Source of the DNA: Dehalococcoidia bacterium
GTDB lineage: Bacteria > Chloroflexota > Dehalococcoidia > Dehalococcoidales > Fen-1064
Direction: 5' to 3'
Assembly (NCBI GenBank): GCA_011171075.1
Contig: DUFD01000038.1
Coordinates: 6,005 to 70,004 of the forward strand
Length of the DNA stretch: 64,000 nt
Numbering within the stretch: the stretch's first letter is position 1; each line of letters begins with the position of its first letter. The position numbers and the translations under genes are program-made. The notes beneath the pieces were generated by a model. That model was not told the DNA's origin. It did no database searches and worked only from the letters and a program-made list of their open reading frames with translations. This document shows, in pieces, positions 63,947-64,000 of this stretch.

Positions 63947-64000
63947 ATCCTTTCATATTTTATTTTGTGACTGCTGGCAACACCACGACACTATTAAAAC

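Larger units (their letters stand above)
59420..64000. mobile_element. lower-GC plasmid/virus-like gene segment (continues past the 3' edge)
   Basis: A hand-counted line gave about 38% GC. Densely packed small genes with overlapping stop/start codons, none of housekeeping type. Confidence 0.5.

Noticed and set aside
1-64000. Search for tRNA, rRNA, tmRNA, integrase genes and att-type flanking repeats for the low-GC islands.
   Set aside because: I saw no cloverleaf-like GTTCGAATC-type T-arm motifs or rRNA-like stretches by eye. No tyrosine or serine recombinase motif appears in any ORF, so island boundaries remain undefined. A tRNAscan/Infernal run would be needed to be sure.

Overview
This 64 kb window reads as a bacterial chromosome of about 55-60% GC. 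Its gene content looks Chloroflexota/Dehalococcoidia-like, but that is inference only. All family assignments come from motif recognition by eye; no searches were run.

Most of the window is housekeeping and metabolism:
- Core genes: pfkA, thiC behind a TPP riboswitch, pdxS/pdxT, purQ plus a PurS-PurS-PurL fusion, rsmG, rpsU, a GatB/YqeY protein and a NUDIX hydrolase.
- Other enzymes: crotonase, CN-hydrolase, a geranylgeranyl-reductase-like flavoprotein and two radical SAM enzymes.
- A five-gene CoA-transferase plus benzoyl-CoA-reductase / 2-hydroxyacyl-CoA-dehydratase-family cluster.

Signalling genes are numerous:
- A CHASE2 nucleotide cyclase and an RCK cation channel.
- A PAS x4-GGDEF-HD-GYP protein followed by pilT.
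- Two sensor-less histidine kinases, an OmpR-type regulator and a pseudo-receiver LuxR regulator.

Several lower-GC or mobile-looking inserts interrupt this backbone:
1. 32.1-34.0 kb: a three-ORF island encoding an oversized proteasome-beta/HslV-like Thr-hydrolase. This is my top candidate for an undescribed system.
2. 12.5-14.4 kb: a two-gene cassette (chagasin-like inhibitor plus 39-aa-repeat propeller lipoprotein) bracketed by about 118 bp direct repeats that duplicate the pfkA 5' end.
3. 16.8-18.7 kb: a lipoprotein trio that includes an Hcp-family protein carrying a lipoprotein signal peptide.
4. 55.5-59.4 kb: a phage-derived structural module with a capsid-like gene, an adaptor-like gene and a BNR/hub-like tail gene, but no packaging genes.
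5. 59.4-64.0 kb: a lower-GC plasmid/virus-like segment. It has an AbrB-fold gene coupled to a P-loop NTPase, and tandem zinc-ribbon paralogues, one with an in-frame TGA at a conserved Trp.

I saw no rRNA, tRNA or CRISPR array.
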